Shown in pieces: positions 1-10,354 of a DNA stretch of 64,000 bases (its first letter is position 1; each line of letters starts with the position of its first letter). This DNA comes from Nitrosopumilus sp. GTDB taxonomy: Archaea > Thermoproteota > Nitrososphaeria > Nitrososphaerales > Nitrosopumilaceae. Under the pieces are notes generated by a model, which was not told the origin of the DNA, searched no databases, and saw nothing but the letters and a program-made list of their open reading frames with translations. The position numbers were made by a program, and so were the translations under genes. The stretch is from positions 128,001 to 192,000 of the forward strand of contig OZ242186.1 in the NCBI GenBank assembly GCA_965205675.1, written 5' to 3'.

Positions 1-536
1 GCTTTACCTTCAATTATTTGTGGAGAAATAAATTCGATTTTATTTTTTAAAAATTTAATATTTTTTTTGACAGCTGGATTTTCATACATTGATGCATGCA
101 TAGCAAGACACATTAAAATTGGAATTTTAGAGCCAAAACCTACCGTAAGTACTGTCGATATAGGCGTATCATCAATCCCATTTGCTAATTTTCCTAATGT
201 ATTTGCAGTTGCGGGATATACTATTACTAAATCTGTTTGATTATAATCTACTAATCTTATATGTTCTAATTCCCCAGTAAGTTTTGTTACTACTTTATTT
301 CCTGTAGCCCATTTGAAATATTCTGGTTGAATTAATTTTGTAACTGCATTACTTGCTACACATTTGACATCTGCACCATGTCTCATTAACAATCTCGCAA
401 GTTCTATTGCTTTGTATGCTGCAACACTACCTGCTACACAAAGCACAATTCTCTTCCCAGATAATTCCACACCGTGTGAACTAACTATATCTAAGGACGG
501 ATGATCTTTTTTGTTAATTTTATTTTTTATCGCCAA
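1..536 (-). CDS. coaBC: Bifunctional phosphopantothenoylcysteine decarboxylase/synthetase, N-terminal part (runs off the window start)
   Basis: Hand translation from TTG at 536: MAIKNKINKKDHPSLDIVSSHGVELSGKRIVLCVAGSVAAYKAIELARLLMRHGA...YPATANTLGKLANGIDD...AMHASMYEN; flavoprotein GSVAAYK and PATANT motifs; sits directly after panB. Confidence 0.93.
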   Translation of the reverse strand, partial: MAIKNKINKKDHPSLDIVSSHGVELSGKRIVLCVAGSVAAYKAIELARLLMRHGADVKCVASNAVTKLIQPEYFKWATGNKVVTKLTGELEHIRLVDYNQTDLVIVYPATANTLGKLANGIDDTPISTVLTVGFGSKIPILMCLAMHASMYENPAVKKNIKFLKNKIEFISPQIIEGK

Positions 537-1365
537 TTTGTTCTCGCATTTTTTTAAGTTCTTCACCATTCATTGAAAATGAATTTTCTTGAGTAGGAAA
601 TCTACTAGATTCTACATCACTTTTATAATTTTCAAGTGATCTCACAATATCTTCAGATAGATTCATGTATCTCTTTGCAAATTTTGGTTTGATTTTGTCG
701 TACATGCCAAGTAAATCTTGTATTACCAGAACTTGGCCGTCACAATTTACCCCAGAACCAATCCCTATTACAGGTACACTAACTGTTTCAGAAATTATTT
801 GAGCAACTTCATGACTAACCATTTCTAAAGCAATACTGAAAACTCCTGCATCTTCAAGTTTTTTTGCATCTTCAATTAATTTCATTGCAGTATCTTTTGT
901 TTTACCTTGAACTTTGTATCCCTCTAAAAGCATTGTAGTTTGAGGTTGTAATCCTATATGGCCCATAACAGGAATTCCTATATCCACAATAGAACTAATT
1001 GTTTCGGCCATTATTGAACCACCTTCAAGCTTTACTGCATCTGCACCAGATTTGATTAATTTACCAGAATTATTTATAGCATCTTCAATACTTGTTTGAT
1101 ATGACATGAAAGGTAAATCTGATACAAGTAAGGAATTTTTTCTTGCTCTACTAACAGCTTCTGTAAACATACACATATGATCCATTGTTACGGGAACTGT
1201 ACTTTCATATCCAAGCATTACCATTCCTACACTATCTCCTACTAGTAGAACATCAATACCCGCTTTATCGCATAATGAAGCTAAAGTATAGTCATAACTA
1301 GTAATTACTGAAATTTTTTTCTTTTCTTTTTTCATATTAATTATATCTTGAACAGTTTTATGCAA
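520..1365 (-). CDS. panB: 3-methyl-2-oxobutanoate hydroxymethyltransferase
   Basis: LLVGDSVGMV, DLPFMSY, AVKLEGG, MGHIGLQPQ, IGIGSG..CDGQVLV motifs. Confidence 0.97.
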   Translation of the reverse strand: MHKTVQDIINMKKEKKKISVITSYDYTLASLCDKAGIDVLLVGDSVGMVMLGYESTVPVTMDHMCMFTEAVSRARKNSLLVSDLPFMSYQTSIEDAINNSGKLIKSGADAVKLEGGSIMAETISSIVDIGIPVMGHIGLQPQTTMLLEGYKVQGKTKDTAMKLIEDAKKLEDAGVFSIALEMVSHEVAQIISETVSVPVIGIGSGVNCDGQVLVIQDLLGMYDKIKPKFAKRYMNLSEDIVRSLENYKSDVESSRFPTQENSFSMNGEELKKMREQIGDKK

Positions 1366-2122
1366 CTTTTGCCCTCCTTGTTAAATTATTTTTAATTTGA
1401 ATTATACTTTCTTTGAGATTTTTCTTATTATCAAATTCTTTAATGATTTTTAAAAGACTTTTTTGATTTTTCTTTGACAGCTTTTTTGATTCACTAATTA
1501 GTAAATCAATTGCTCGTGTTACATTATCCACAATTGTGATATTTGCAGTTTGTGAAGTTCTAGAAAGAGGATTTAGATCAAATGTTATGACTATTTTTCC
1601 TGCTTTTCTAAGTGCTATAGTTCTGTCTCCATCTTCTAATGGCACAACTACAACATCGGCTACAAATATTCCATCTTTGTCTACAATTCTTCGTGCAGAA
1701 TCAATCCCTGGTAATTTTTTAAATGATGATGTTTTCGAACCTAAAATTTCACTGGCACCATTTTTTTTGAGGATTTTGATAATTACTTTTTTTCTTTTTT
1801 CATTTGTATAAAACAAATTTACCTCAAGTCTTGCTTTGACTTGTTTTGATAGTTTTACAATTTGTTTTGGACACAATGCTGCTATATTTCCATTAATTGA
1901 AATTACAGGTATTTTTGCAACTAGTAGTTGAGCAGCTGCAGCTTTTATAGCCTGAGATGCAACTTTTCCTGTTTTTTCTCCTAGTAGATAATCAAAAGCT
2001 TCGCCTCTGCCTTGAGCTAAAAGGCCTTCTTTTGCAACTAATCCACTATTAAATCCCTCAACTAATTTTTCACGAATTAAAAGTGATTTAGCTCTTGGAT
2101 GGGATTTTGGAATTAATGACAT
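1358..2122 (-). CDS. Archaeal phosphopantothenate synthetase (PPS)
   Basis: IPKSHPR, GRGEAFDYLLGE, ISINGNIAAL, VPLEDGDR, DLNPLSRT motifs; lies between panB and pantoate kinase. Confidence 0.95.
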   Translation of the reverse strand: MSLIPKSHPRAKSLLIREKLVEGFNSGLVAKEGLLAQGRGEAFDYLLGEKTGKVASQAIKAAAAQLLVAKIPVISINGNIAALCPKQIVKLSKQVKARLEVNLFYTNEKRKKVIIKILKKNGASEILGSKTSSFKKLPGIDSARRIVDKDGIFVADVVVVPLEDGDRTIALRKAGKIVITFDLNPLSRTSQTANITIVDNVTRAIDLLISESKKLSKKNQKSLLKIIKEFDNKKNLKESIIQIKNNLTRRAKVA

Positions 2123-2130
2123 AGTTTTAA

Positions 2131-3042
2131 TTAATTATTTAAAATTCTGGCTCCATTATCATCCAATTCTGATTTTATTATAATTCCTTCAGAATGTTTT
2201 TGTAAAATACCTAAAACTTTAGATTCTTCTTTCTTTGGTATCATTGAAAAAATTGTTTCACCAAAAAGAGCAATTCCACATTTAATATTATTATTTGACA
2301 ATTCACCAACTATTTTTTGCATTCTAGGTGTCATGATATTTATATATTTTGCAAATTCTAAAGACATGTCTTGAAAATGTTCATAATCTTTTGATCCTAA
2401 TAATCTGTTTACCATTTTTCCACCTAATCCATTAATTTGGGATAGGCGTTCTTTGATGAATTTATTTGTAGACATAGGAGAAAAACAAATCATAATAATA
2501 GAAATTTTGTCTGTATTTATTTTTTCTACATGACCGATTCCTGGCGCACCTGGTTTTATACGAATTTCAAATCCACCGTAATATGATGCTAAAACATCTC
2601 CAAGTCCTGTCTTACAATTCATTTCTGCATTATGTGCAATTTTTCCAATTATTGTTTTTTCTAATTTTGTATCAAGTACTTGATCTAATGCAAATGATAA
2701 TGATAATGCAATTGCACTACTAGATCCTAAACCATAACCCACTGGAATGGATATGTTATGTTCTATGTCAAAAAACTTGTCTGAAAATTTTCCAAGTTTT
2801 AAAAATTCATTTAAAACATACTGTGAAACGTCTGTCTTATCTGATTGGTATCCATATGTTGTAATTTTAAAATTTGATTCTTGATTATTTTTTACTTGAG
2901 TTTTTACTTTGGTTGTAACTCCTTGATTGATTGAAAAACCTGCCCCTATAGAGCCTAGATTTTCTAAATCTTTTTGTCCATCTTCTAAATGGGCTTTGAA
3001 GAACCCTGTGATATGTGCAGGACAAAATGCTTTCGCTTCCAT
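2131..3042 (-). CDS. Pantoate kinase (GHMP family)
   Basis: AFCPAHITGFF, GSIGAG, PVGYGLGSSS GHMP loop, AH.AE...KTGLGDV; CoA operon context. Confidence 0.92.
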   Translation of the reverse strand: MEAKAFCPAHITGFFKAHLEDGQKDLENLGSIGAGFSINQGVTTKVKTQVKNNQESNFKITTYGYQSDKTDVSQYVLNEFLKLGKFSDKFFDIEHNISIPVGYGLGSSSAIALSLSFALDQVLDTKLEKTIIGKIAHNAEMNCKTGLGDVLASYYGGFEIRIKPGAPGIGHVEKINTDKISIIMICFSPMSTNKFIKERLSQINGLGGKMVNRLLGSKDYEHFQDMSLEFAKYINIMTPRMQKIVGELSNNNIKCGIALFGETIFSMIPKKEESKVLGILQKHSEGIIIKSELDDNGARILNN

Positions 3043-3107
3043 TGATCTGAGTTTAAATTTTACATAAAATATAAGAATATGGATTAAATTAATTAAATTA
3101 GTATAAA

Positions 3108-4088
3108 TTGACTAAATTCATTCGACGCCTACAAAGAATTGGGAGTAGTATACTGGTATCATTACCCAAAGAATGGGTTGATGCCAATAATCTAGATAAG
3201 AGTAGTCAAGTTGAAATAGAAACAGGTCAGGACAGTATATCCATTTCAACAAATAAAGAAACTAGGCCAACAAAAGAACTTGTTATTTCTTATCCATTAC
3301 CAAAAGAAGAAAACATTGTTGCAAATATTACAGGTGCATATCTTTTAGGATATGACATTATTGTAATTAATTCAAAATCTATTATTCCAGGTAAAGACAG
3401 AGAAGAAATTCGTAATTCAATGCGACGGTTAGTCGGAATGGAAATAATTGAAGAAGATGCATCTCATATTAACATGCAATTTCTTTTAGATGCTACAACC
3501 CTAAATCCTCCAAAAATTCTCAAACGAATGAGTTCAATTGCACTTGGAATGTATGATGATGTATTAACTGGATTAATTTCAGATGATAAATCTAATCTAC
3601 AAACATTATCAAAACGTGATGTTGAAGTAAATAGACAATATTTTTTGCTTGTAAGACTAATTCGTAGTACACTTGTTGATAAACGATTAGCTAATGCATT
3701 TAATTTAGAAAATATTGATGTACTTGATTATAGAGTTGCTGCAAGTGTTCTTGAAAATGCAGGTGATTCTATTGTTGAGCTTTCCAATTTTATATTTAAT
3801 TTTTCTTTATCAAAAGAATATTCTAAAAAAATTTATGATGTAGTAAGAGATTTTAATAAACTTGCAGAAAAATCTATTGATGCATTTACAAAACCCGATA
3901 GATTGTTAGCTATAGAAGCAATATCCATGCATAAACAATATGAAAAAAAACTTAGTTTACTTAGAACTACATTAGGTACTAAAAAACAAATTCCGTTAGA
4001 CTTTCTTGATCTAATATACATGTTTGAAAGAATTGCACAATCTTGGGCTGATGTTGCAGATCTTGTACAACCTATTTACAATGAATAA
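3108..4088 (+). CDS. AbrB/SpoVT-PhoU phosphate uptake regulator
   Basis: N-terminal RRLQRIGSSILVSLPKEW AbrB motif followed by PhoU repeats (DVEVNRQY, LENAGD, ERIA). Confidence 0.88.
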   Translation: MTKFIRRLQRIGSSILVSLPKEWVDANNLDKSSQVEIETGQDSISISTNKETRPTKELVISYPLPKEENIVANITGAYLLGYDIIVINSKSIIPGKDREEIRNSMRRLVGMEIIEEDASHINMQFLLDATTLNPPKILKRMSSIALGMYDDVLTGLISDDKSNLQTLSKRDVEVNRQYFLLVRLIRSTLVDKRLANAFNLENIDVLDYRVAASVLENAGDSIVELSNFIFNFSLSKEYSKKIYDVVRDFNKLAEKSIDAFTKPDRLLAIEAISMHKQYEKKLSLLRTTLGTKKQIPLDFLDLIYMFERIAQSWADVADLVQPIYNE

Positions 4089-4604
4089 CTAATACAATTT
4101 CTTTTTTGCAACATAAGTTAAAACCGCACATATTGTTTTTGAATCTTGAATTTTACCTGTTTTTATCATTGATAGAAGTTTTTTAAAATCTATTTTTACT
4201 ACTGATAATATTTCATCCTCATCAAGTTTCAAACTAGATATTTTCTTTAGTCCTGAGGCTACAAAACAATGAATTACCTCTGCATTGTATCCAATTGATG
4301 GGTAATATGTGATAAGAGCAGTCATTTTCTTTGCCCTATATCCTGTTTCTTCTTCTAATTCTCTAAATGCACATCTTATTGGTTCTTCTTCTTTTTCTAA
4401 TGTTCCAGCAGGAATTTCTAAAACATATCCGTGTGGAAATCTATATTGTTCTACTAGAATCACTTTTTTATTTTCATCAAAAGCAAGCATAGCTGCAGCT
4501 CCTCTATGTTTAATGAATTCTCTTCTTACTTTCCTACCTTCTATTTTTCCATCATAAACACTAAGATCTAAAATTTTTCCTTTGTAGATCTTTGTTTCTT
4601 TCAT
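4089..4604 (-). CDS. NUDIX hydrolase (ADP-ribose pyrophosphatase-like)
   Basis: Nudix box GTLEKEEEPIRCAFRELEEETG; QYRFP; IQDSKT. Confidence 0.93.
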   Translation of the reverse strand: MKETKIYKGKILDLSVYDGKIEGRKVRREFIKHRGAAAMLAFDENKKVILVEQYRFPHGYVLEIPAGTLEKEEEPIRCAFRELEEETGYRAKKMTALITYYPSIGYNAEVIHCFVASGLKKISSLKLDEDEILSVVKIDFKKLLSMIKTGKIQDSKTICAVLTYVAKKKLY

Positions 4605-4628
4605 ATAATATCTAAAAATTATTCTTAT

Positions 4629-5531
4629 TTATTTGATTTTATATGTTAAATGTAATTTTGGTGATTTTTTAAAATCATTAATTGCTTTTTCTATCCATTT
4701 TATATAGATTAAAATCTTTTTTGGAATAAATAAATCCGCCGATTTTACATTTTTAATATTTCTAACTTGTTGTGTAATTTCATCCATTTTGAAAATATTA
4801 TCACTGTACATAAATAATACAATTTGATTTTTTGCTATGAAAGGAATTTGTAAATATGATTTTGAAAATACATTATTTAAATTTTCTAGTGTTTCTTTTA
4901 GATCCTTTTCAATCCAAGTAAGTATAACATGTGGAATGAAATTTTCAATTTTTACAGGATCATAAACTAATGTAAATTGTATTCCTTCATTTTCATGTAA
5001 TTTTTCAATACATCTTGTAATTGTTTTTGTTGACATTTTTGTATTTTTTGCGATTTGTTCAATTTTTTGTCTAGGATCTTTGATTAATTCTTCTAATATT
5101 TCTAAATCTGTTTTTGTAAGATTTGAATTAAATCCCGGATTTTCTGCTTCAAAAATAGTTAAAACTCTGACATCTTTCATCAGTTTTTTTGCAAGTTCAA
5201 TTTTTTGATTCATATTTTCTTTTATTGAAATACCACAAACTGTAACCCCCCCCACACATGGGACTACAAAATACGGCTCACCTACAAGGCTTGCTTGTTC
5301 TAAGATTTCTGTAATGTTTTCTCCTGATACAACAAAGTATAGTACGCCATAGCCTAATACTGGAGGTTCAACTTTGATGAAAATTTTTTCAATTACCTTT
5401 CTTTCTTGCATTTTTCGGATTCTAGCTCGTACTGCTCCGCCTGATATTCCTACTTCTATGCCTATTTGTCTATTTGATTCTCTACAATTGTTTAACAATC
5501 TGTTGAGAATTTTCATATCCAAATTGTCCAT
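4629..5531 (-). CDS. Tandem Lrp/AsnC-family transcriptional regulator
   Basis: Two AsnC-type HTH modules (MDNLDMKILNRL..., LTKTDLEILEELIKDPR...). Confidence 0.85.
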   Translation of the reverse strand: MDNLDMKILNRLLNNCRESNRQIGIEVGISGGAVRARIRKMQERKVIEKIFIKVEPPVLGYGVLYFVVSGENITEILEQASLVGEPYFVVPCVGGVTVCGISIKENMNQKIELAKKLMKDVRVLTIFEAENPGFNSNLTKTDLEILEELIKDPRQKIEQIAKNTKMSTKTITRCIEKLHENEGIQFTLVYDPVKIENFIPHVILTWIEKDLKETLENLNNVFSKSYLQIPFIAKNQIVLFMYSDNIFKMDEITQQVRNIKNVKSADLFIPKKILIYIKWIEKAINDFKKSPKLHLTYKIK

Positions 5532-5647
5532 TATATCACTTCAAATGACTTCATTAATTATAGAAATAACTAATATCATATAAAATTGTCTATACTGTTA
5601 GCATTATACATCATAGACATTAAATATTAGACTATTTTACTAGTTTT

Positions 5648-6835
5648 GTGGATTACAAGGTAAAACTAGCAAAACGAATGTTATTCAATAAAAAAGGCAG
5701 TTTGATTGGTGCTGTTTTAGCAGTAACTGTTGGGATTTTAGTTATTCATGTAAACTTTGTAATCTTCCAAGGATTGTATGATGCTATTGTCAGAGATATC
5801 AGTGATTATAGTACAGGTGATGTGATTGTAACTGATGAATTTGATTTTATAGACAAATCTGATCAGTCTCTTATTAGATGGTTTGAACGTATCCCAGATG
5901 TTAAAGCCGTTACGCCGCGGTTATCTACAACAGCTGAAATGAATATGACAAAAAACGGAAAGTTAGTTGAAGAAAGCAGAATTTCATTGGTAGGAGTTGA
6001 TCCCTTTAATGATGTTAGGGCTTCTACAGCACACACAACTGTTTCTGATGGAAGTTATGTTTTTTCAAGAAATTCTATCGTGTTAGGATCTGCTGTTGCA
6101 AGAGATTTGGGAGGAGCTCAAGTAGGTGATAGCGTAAAAGTTCTTGTAGTTGATAGATGGGGAGAAGATCAAGTTAAAAGATTTATGGTTACTGGAATAG
6201 CAAGTTCACCAGGAGGACAAGGATTTGATTATTCTGGTGTTATTCATATTGATACTTTACGTGACATGATGAGTAGACATGGAGATACAGGTTCATTCAT
6301 GGTAAAACTATATGATCATTCTGCTGCAACGGAAGTCAAAGAATTCTTTTTACGTTCATTCCCTAACGATGATTTTATTGCTGAAACTACTGAAGAAGCA
6401 TCTGAAGCACAACTACAAGGTTTTAGATCTGGTATTGCCATGATTAACATGGTTGGTTACTTCGGAATGATGTCTTCTGCATTTGCAGTTGTTACAATCC
6501 AAATGATGTTGGTAAATGGAAAAACTAGAGAAATAGGTGTAATGAGATCTATAGGAGCTAAACGAAAAGACATTCTAATAATTTTTATTTTTCAAGGAAT
6601 GATAATTGGAGCTATTGGTGCTGGTGTTGGTACTGCAGCTGGATTAGGTTATACTTTTTACGCTAAAGAAACAAAAATGTCATTTAATGGAAGTCTTGAA
6701 TTAGAAGTAACTTATAACTGGGAGAAAATTTTCCAAACAGCACTTACTTCTTTTATGTTGGCAGTAATTGCGTCTATATATCCGTCGTATAGAGCTACAA
6801 AGCTATTACCCGTGGAGGCTATGCGAACTGTCTAA
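5648..6835 (+). CDS. ABC transporter permease, LolE/FtsX/MacB type
   Basis: One TM, a large extracellular domain, then 3 TM; KTREIGVMRSIGA and YPSYRATKLLPVEAMR signatures. Confidence 0.92.
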   Translation: MDYKVKLAKRMLFNKKGSLIGAVLAVTVGILVIHVNFVIFQGLYDAIVRDISDYSTGDVIVTDEFDFIDKSDQSLIRWFERIPDVKAVTPRLSTTAEMNMTKNGKLVEESRISLVGVDPFNDVRASTAHTTVSDGSYVFSRNSIVLGSAVARDLGGAQVGDSVKVLVVDRWGEDQVKRFMVTGIASSPGGQGFDYSGVIHIDTLRDMMSRHGDTGSFMVKLYDHSAATEVKEFFLRSFPNDDFIAETTEEASEAQLQGFRSGIAMINMVGYFGMMSSAFAVVTIQMMLVNGKTREIGVMRSIGAKRKDILIIFIFQGMIIGAIGAGVGTAAGLGYTFYAKETKMSFNGSLELEVTYNWEKIFQTALTSFMLAVIASIYPSYRATKLLPVEAMRTV

Positions 6836-7532
6836 CGTGCTTGAGATTAATAATCTCAACAAAATCTATGGAGAAAATGATAGTCAAGTAAAAGCTCTTG
6901 TTAATGTTTCATTTTCAATTAAACAAGGAGAATTTGTTTTAATTGTGGGAAGTTCTGGTTCTGGCAAATCCACGTTACTAAACATGATCGGATTGTTAGA
7001 CAGACCAACTAATGGGGAAATTTCAATTGATGGTGTAAATACTACATCTCTAAATGATGATAAAATTTCATCATTTAGAAATAATAAATTAGGATTTATT
7101 TTCCAATTCTCTAATTTACTAAGTGATCTTTCAGTTTTAGAAAATGTCTTGTTACCTGTACAAATTTCAGGTAATAATACAATAACACAAAAAGATGCTA
7201 TGGATTTACTAAAATTTGTAGGTCTTGAATCACAAGTCAATAAACGTGCAAATAAAATATCCGGTGGTCAAGCACAAAGAGTCGCTATAGCCAGAGGATT
7301 AATCAATCAACCTTCTATTGTATTAGCAGATGAACCAACTGGTAATCTTGATTCAGTTACTTCAGAGACAATTGTCCAATTAATGAAATCAATGGCAAAA
7401 AAACTTAATCAAACATTCATTATTGTTACACATGATAGACAACATTTTGGTGACGTTGATAGAATAATTACAATTAAAGATGGTAAAGCATTTGAAGGTG
7501 ATCAGCCGCCAGAAATGGAGATTATTGCATAA
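6828..7532 (+). CDS. ABC transporter ATP-binding protein, LolD/MacB type
   Basis: Walker A GSSGSGKST, ISGGQAQRVAIAR, LADEPTGNLD; start placed at CTG 6828 (GGAGG at 6814-6818), alternatively GTG 6837. Confidence 0.93.
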   Translation: MSNVLEINNLNKIYGENDSQVKALVNVSFSIKQGEFVLIVGSSGSGKSTLLNMIGLLDRPTNGEISIDGVNTTSLNDDKISSFRNNKLGFIFQFSNLLSDLSVLENVLLPVQISGNNTITQKDAMDLLKFVGLESQVNKRANKISGGQAQRVAIARGLINQPSIVLADEPTGNLDSVTSETIVQLMKSMAKKLNQTFIIVTHDRQHFGDVDRIITIKDGKAFEGDQPPEMEIIA

Positions 7533-8836
7533 TGCATTCTAAAATTATTTTATTATTATTTGTGATTGGATTGCCATCAATTATTTTTAATAATTCTTAT
7601 GCACAAATAATCTCAGGAGGATTTGGTCAATCTCCTTTTGAAAGAGATTTTGGTGATGTAAAATTTTTAGATGCATATTTTGGTACTCTAAATGACAAGA
7701 TTGAAGTTGAAGCAGGAGATGGCAATGTTCCATTCACGGTTGTATTTGCAAATGTAGGAACTCAAGATATTACAGGAATTCGTGGTCAATTATCCTTGCC
7801 CCTAAGTTTTTCAGCATCTGATGGTCCAGGCTCATCTATTCATGCAGATAGTGATTCAAATTCATCAGCAGGTGATAATTTTCACTTAACATTTTTTGTA
7901 AATATTGATAAAAATGCACAAATCCAACAGTATCCTGGAACTGTCAAGGTTGATTATTCTAGATTAAGAGAATCTGGAATTAGAACGGCATTTGCAGATT
8001 TTGATTTTAAGGTAACTGGTGATAGTGTAATCAATGTAAAAGCTATAGAACCATTTCTAACTTCTTTGAAAACTAATGATGTCACAATTGAAATTGCAAA
8101 TGATGGTACTGCCCAAATTTCGGGCGTAGATATTATTGCAACAAATACATCTACTGAACTTGCTTCTACATCATCATCTACTACCAATGTTGAAAATGTT
8201 GTAATTCTAGAATCAAGTTGGGATATTGGAAACATCGATGCAAAATCTGCAAGATATTTTACTGCAACTGTATATGTCCCTGAATCATTAAAAGGTGACA
8301 CTTTGAGAATTCCTTTATCTATTTCATATTATAATGCACATGGAGACTTGCATGAAATTTCAAAAATTGTTGATTTTTACATTAAAGGATTAATTGATTT
8401 AACAGTTTTCGATGTTGATGTAATTGAATTATCAGGAACTCAAATGGTGATTGGTGAAATAATTAACGAAGGAAATGAAGACGGATTATTTGGCTTTGTT
8501 TCTATTGAACCAAAACATAATTCTAACATTAAACCAATCACTCAATTTATTGATGAAATTGAAATAGATGCACCTGTACCATTTAACGTTCCAATTGAAT
8601 TTGATGGTGAACCAAAATATGGTGAACATGACATTACTATTACTGTAAGATACAAAGATAATACAAGAGATGAGATATTTTTAACACATGATGCGACAAT
8701 TTTTGTAAATGAACCCTCAAATGAAGAAGAGAACACCAACGATCCAATAATGATAATCATTCCAATTCTTTTAGTTATAGGAGTTGCATTTTACATTATT
8801 CGTAGGCGTAAAAAAGCTGCAATCCAGATAAACTGA
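7532..8836 (+). CDS. COG1361-like S-layer/Ig-repeat membrane-anchored protein
   Basis: Signal peptide, repeated Ig-like N.G motifs, C-terminal TM plus RRRKK; usual partner of LolDE-type transporters in archaea. Confidence 0.7.
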   Translation: MHSKIILLLFVIGLPSIIFNNSYAQIISGGFGQSPFERDFGDVKFLDAYFGTLNDKIEVEAGDGNVPFTVVFANVGTQDITGIRGQLSLPLSFSASDGPGSSIHADSDSNSSAGDNFHLTFFVNIDKNAQIQQYPGTVKVDYSRLRESGIRTAFADFDFKVTGDSVINVKAIEPFLTSLKTNDVTIEIANDGTAQISGVDIIATNTSTELASTSSSTTNVENVVILESSWDIGNIDAKSARYFTATVYVPESLKGDTLRIPLSISYYNAHGDLHEISKIVDFYIKGLIDLTVFDVDVIELSGTQMVIGEIINEGNEDGLFGFVSIEPKHNSNIKPITQFIDEIEIDAPVPFNVPIEFDGEPKYGEHDITITVRYKDNTRDEIFLTHDATIFVNEPSNEEENTNDPIMIIIPILLVIGVAFYIIRRRKKAAIQIN

Positions 8837-8878
8837 AGACATAATTTTAAATCTAAATTGGAGAAATAGAATTATAAA

Positions 8879-9211
8879 TTGAGATTAACAATTATTATCC
8901 TCATTGTAGTTTTATCTATTGGAAGTGTAATAATCTCATTAGGTTTTCTAACTTCTCAAGAATACATTGATGTTCCTGAAATCACTACTCAATATGAAAA
9001 ATTAGAATTATACAAAAATGAATTAGAAAAAATTAATCAACAAAATCAAAAAATCCTAAATGATTTAGAAAATCAAATCAAAAATTCTAATGATATTCAT
9101 CTAGATCAAATCAATGAAGAGATTAAAGTAATAAAACGAGTAATTGATCAAAACAAAGCAGAATTAGAACAAGTAATTACAAAATTGTCTGAAATGAAAT
9201 CAGATTCATAG
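8879..9211 (+). CDS. Membrane-anchored coiled-coil hypothetical protein
   Basis: N-terminal TM followed by heptad-rich E/K/Q helices. Confidence 0.65.
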   Translation: MRLTIIILIVVLSIGSVIISLGFLTSQEYIDVPEITTQYEKLELYKNELEKINQQNQKILNDLENQIKNSNDIHLDQINEEIKVIKRVIDQNKAELEQVITKLSEMKSDS

Positions 9212-9523
9212 CTATTCTATTTCCATTTTTGGGAAATTTAAGATCATTGTTATATAGCAACGATCAAAAGTTCGTCTCTTAAGGACGTAATATTGGGTAT
9301 GGCAAAGGACGTATTTCCATTTCTATACTCAATAACAAAAATTCGTCACCCAATTTTGAATTCGATTTACGTACATTGTAGATTCAAGTTTGAATTTCAG
9401 TTATTACCATAATTTGGATTTTGGCTCATGAATATTTGTTAGACAGTATAGCAGGTAGCATTGTAGGATTTATCACAACTCTATTGTTGTAAATACTAAT
9501 AATTTTCTAAATTCATATACTTA

Positions 9524-9733
9524 TTGATACTAAAATTTTCATTGGAAGTACATCGAAAATTAACATTTGTAGGAGCAATTTTGTTAATTGTAACTTTTTT
9601 AATTAATTATTATCATGAAGAAACTCATTCTGGTATTGGATTCAATTATGCATATCTAACTGGCGTTTTAATGTTGGTAGCATTTTCTATCAGTCTTCTA
9701 GTATTTACCAAAAATCAATTAAAGACATCTTAA
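9524..9733 (+). CDS. Small two-TM hypothetical protein
   Basis: Two hydrophobic helices around YYHEETHSG; exact start uncertain. Confidence 0.55.
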   Translation: MILKFSLEVHRKLTFVGAILLIVTFLINYYHEETHSGIGFNYAYLTGVLMLVAFSISLLVFTKNQLKTS

Positions 9734-9965
9734 TTTTTGTATGAAATAAATGATTAAGGTCTTTTTTGAGAAAAGCCTTCGTTCTATCTATTTATGTTAA
9801 CTTAATTTTGTTTGAATAAAAGATATACGTAGGAATTCTCAGTGAGTTCTAAATACTATTTTAGAATAATTTTACTAGTCCTCACCACGATACAAATCGT
9901 TTCTGGTCTTAGACTACTCATGTTTTTGACCGTAAGATTATAAACAGTTACTTGATCTTGCGATC

Positions 9966-10349
9966 ATGCCTGGCGATGAGATTGAAGTCCCAAAAGAATT
10001 ACGTGAATTTATGCTAGAAGAAGCTGAAGAAACTTTTCTCGGACAAAAAAATGGTGCAGACAAACAATATCGTTATGGTAATTTACACATTAGAGAATAT
10101 AGTGATAAATTTTTAATTCATAATGATAAAATTGATCCACGAAAAGATCCTATGGGACATTTAATCCACGATGCACCTGAAGTATTGATTGGTTTGACAT
10201 GTGCAATTTTTGAAGGTTCTCAAATAGGAAAAAAAATAATGAATAACAATTCAAAAAAACTATCAATTACTTTTGGATTAGTCTCATCAATAATTTCTGG
10301 TTATGTTGCATATTTGGCCACTAAAAAAATAAAAAACTATTTGGAATAA
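9966..10349 (+). CDS. Conserved archaeal hypothetical protein
   Basis: TFLGQKNGADKQYRYGNLHIREY..H.DKIDPRKDP.GHLIHDAPE plus C-terminal hydrophobic helices; TATA-like TTATAAA about 25 bp upstream. Confidence 0.75.
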   Translation: MPGDEIEVPKELREFMLEEAEETFLGQKNGADKQYRYGNLHIREYSDKFLIHNDKIDPRKDPMGHLIHDAPEVLIGLTCAIFEGSQIGKKIMNNNSKKLSITFGLVSSIISGYVAYLATKKIKNYLE

Positions 10350-10354
10350 ATATA

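Noticed and set aside
9212-9965. Long spacers with broken coding-like text (also 47150-47430 and 55860-56300)
   Set aside because: Probably eroded genes, but no family motif could be recognised by eye.
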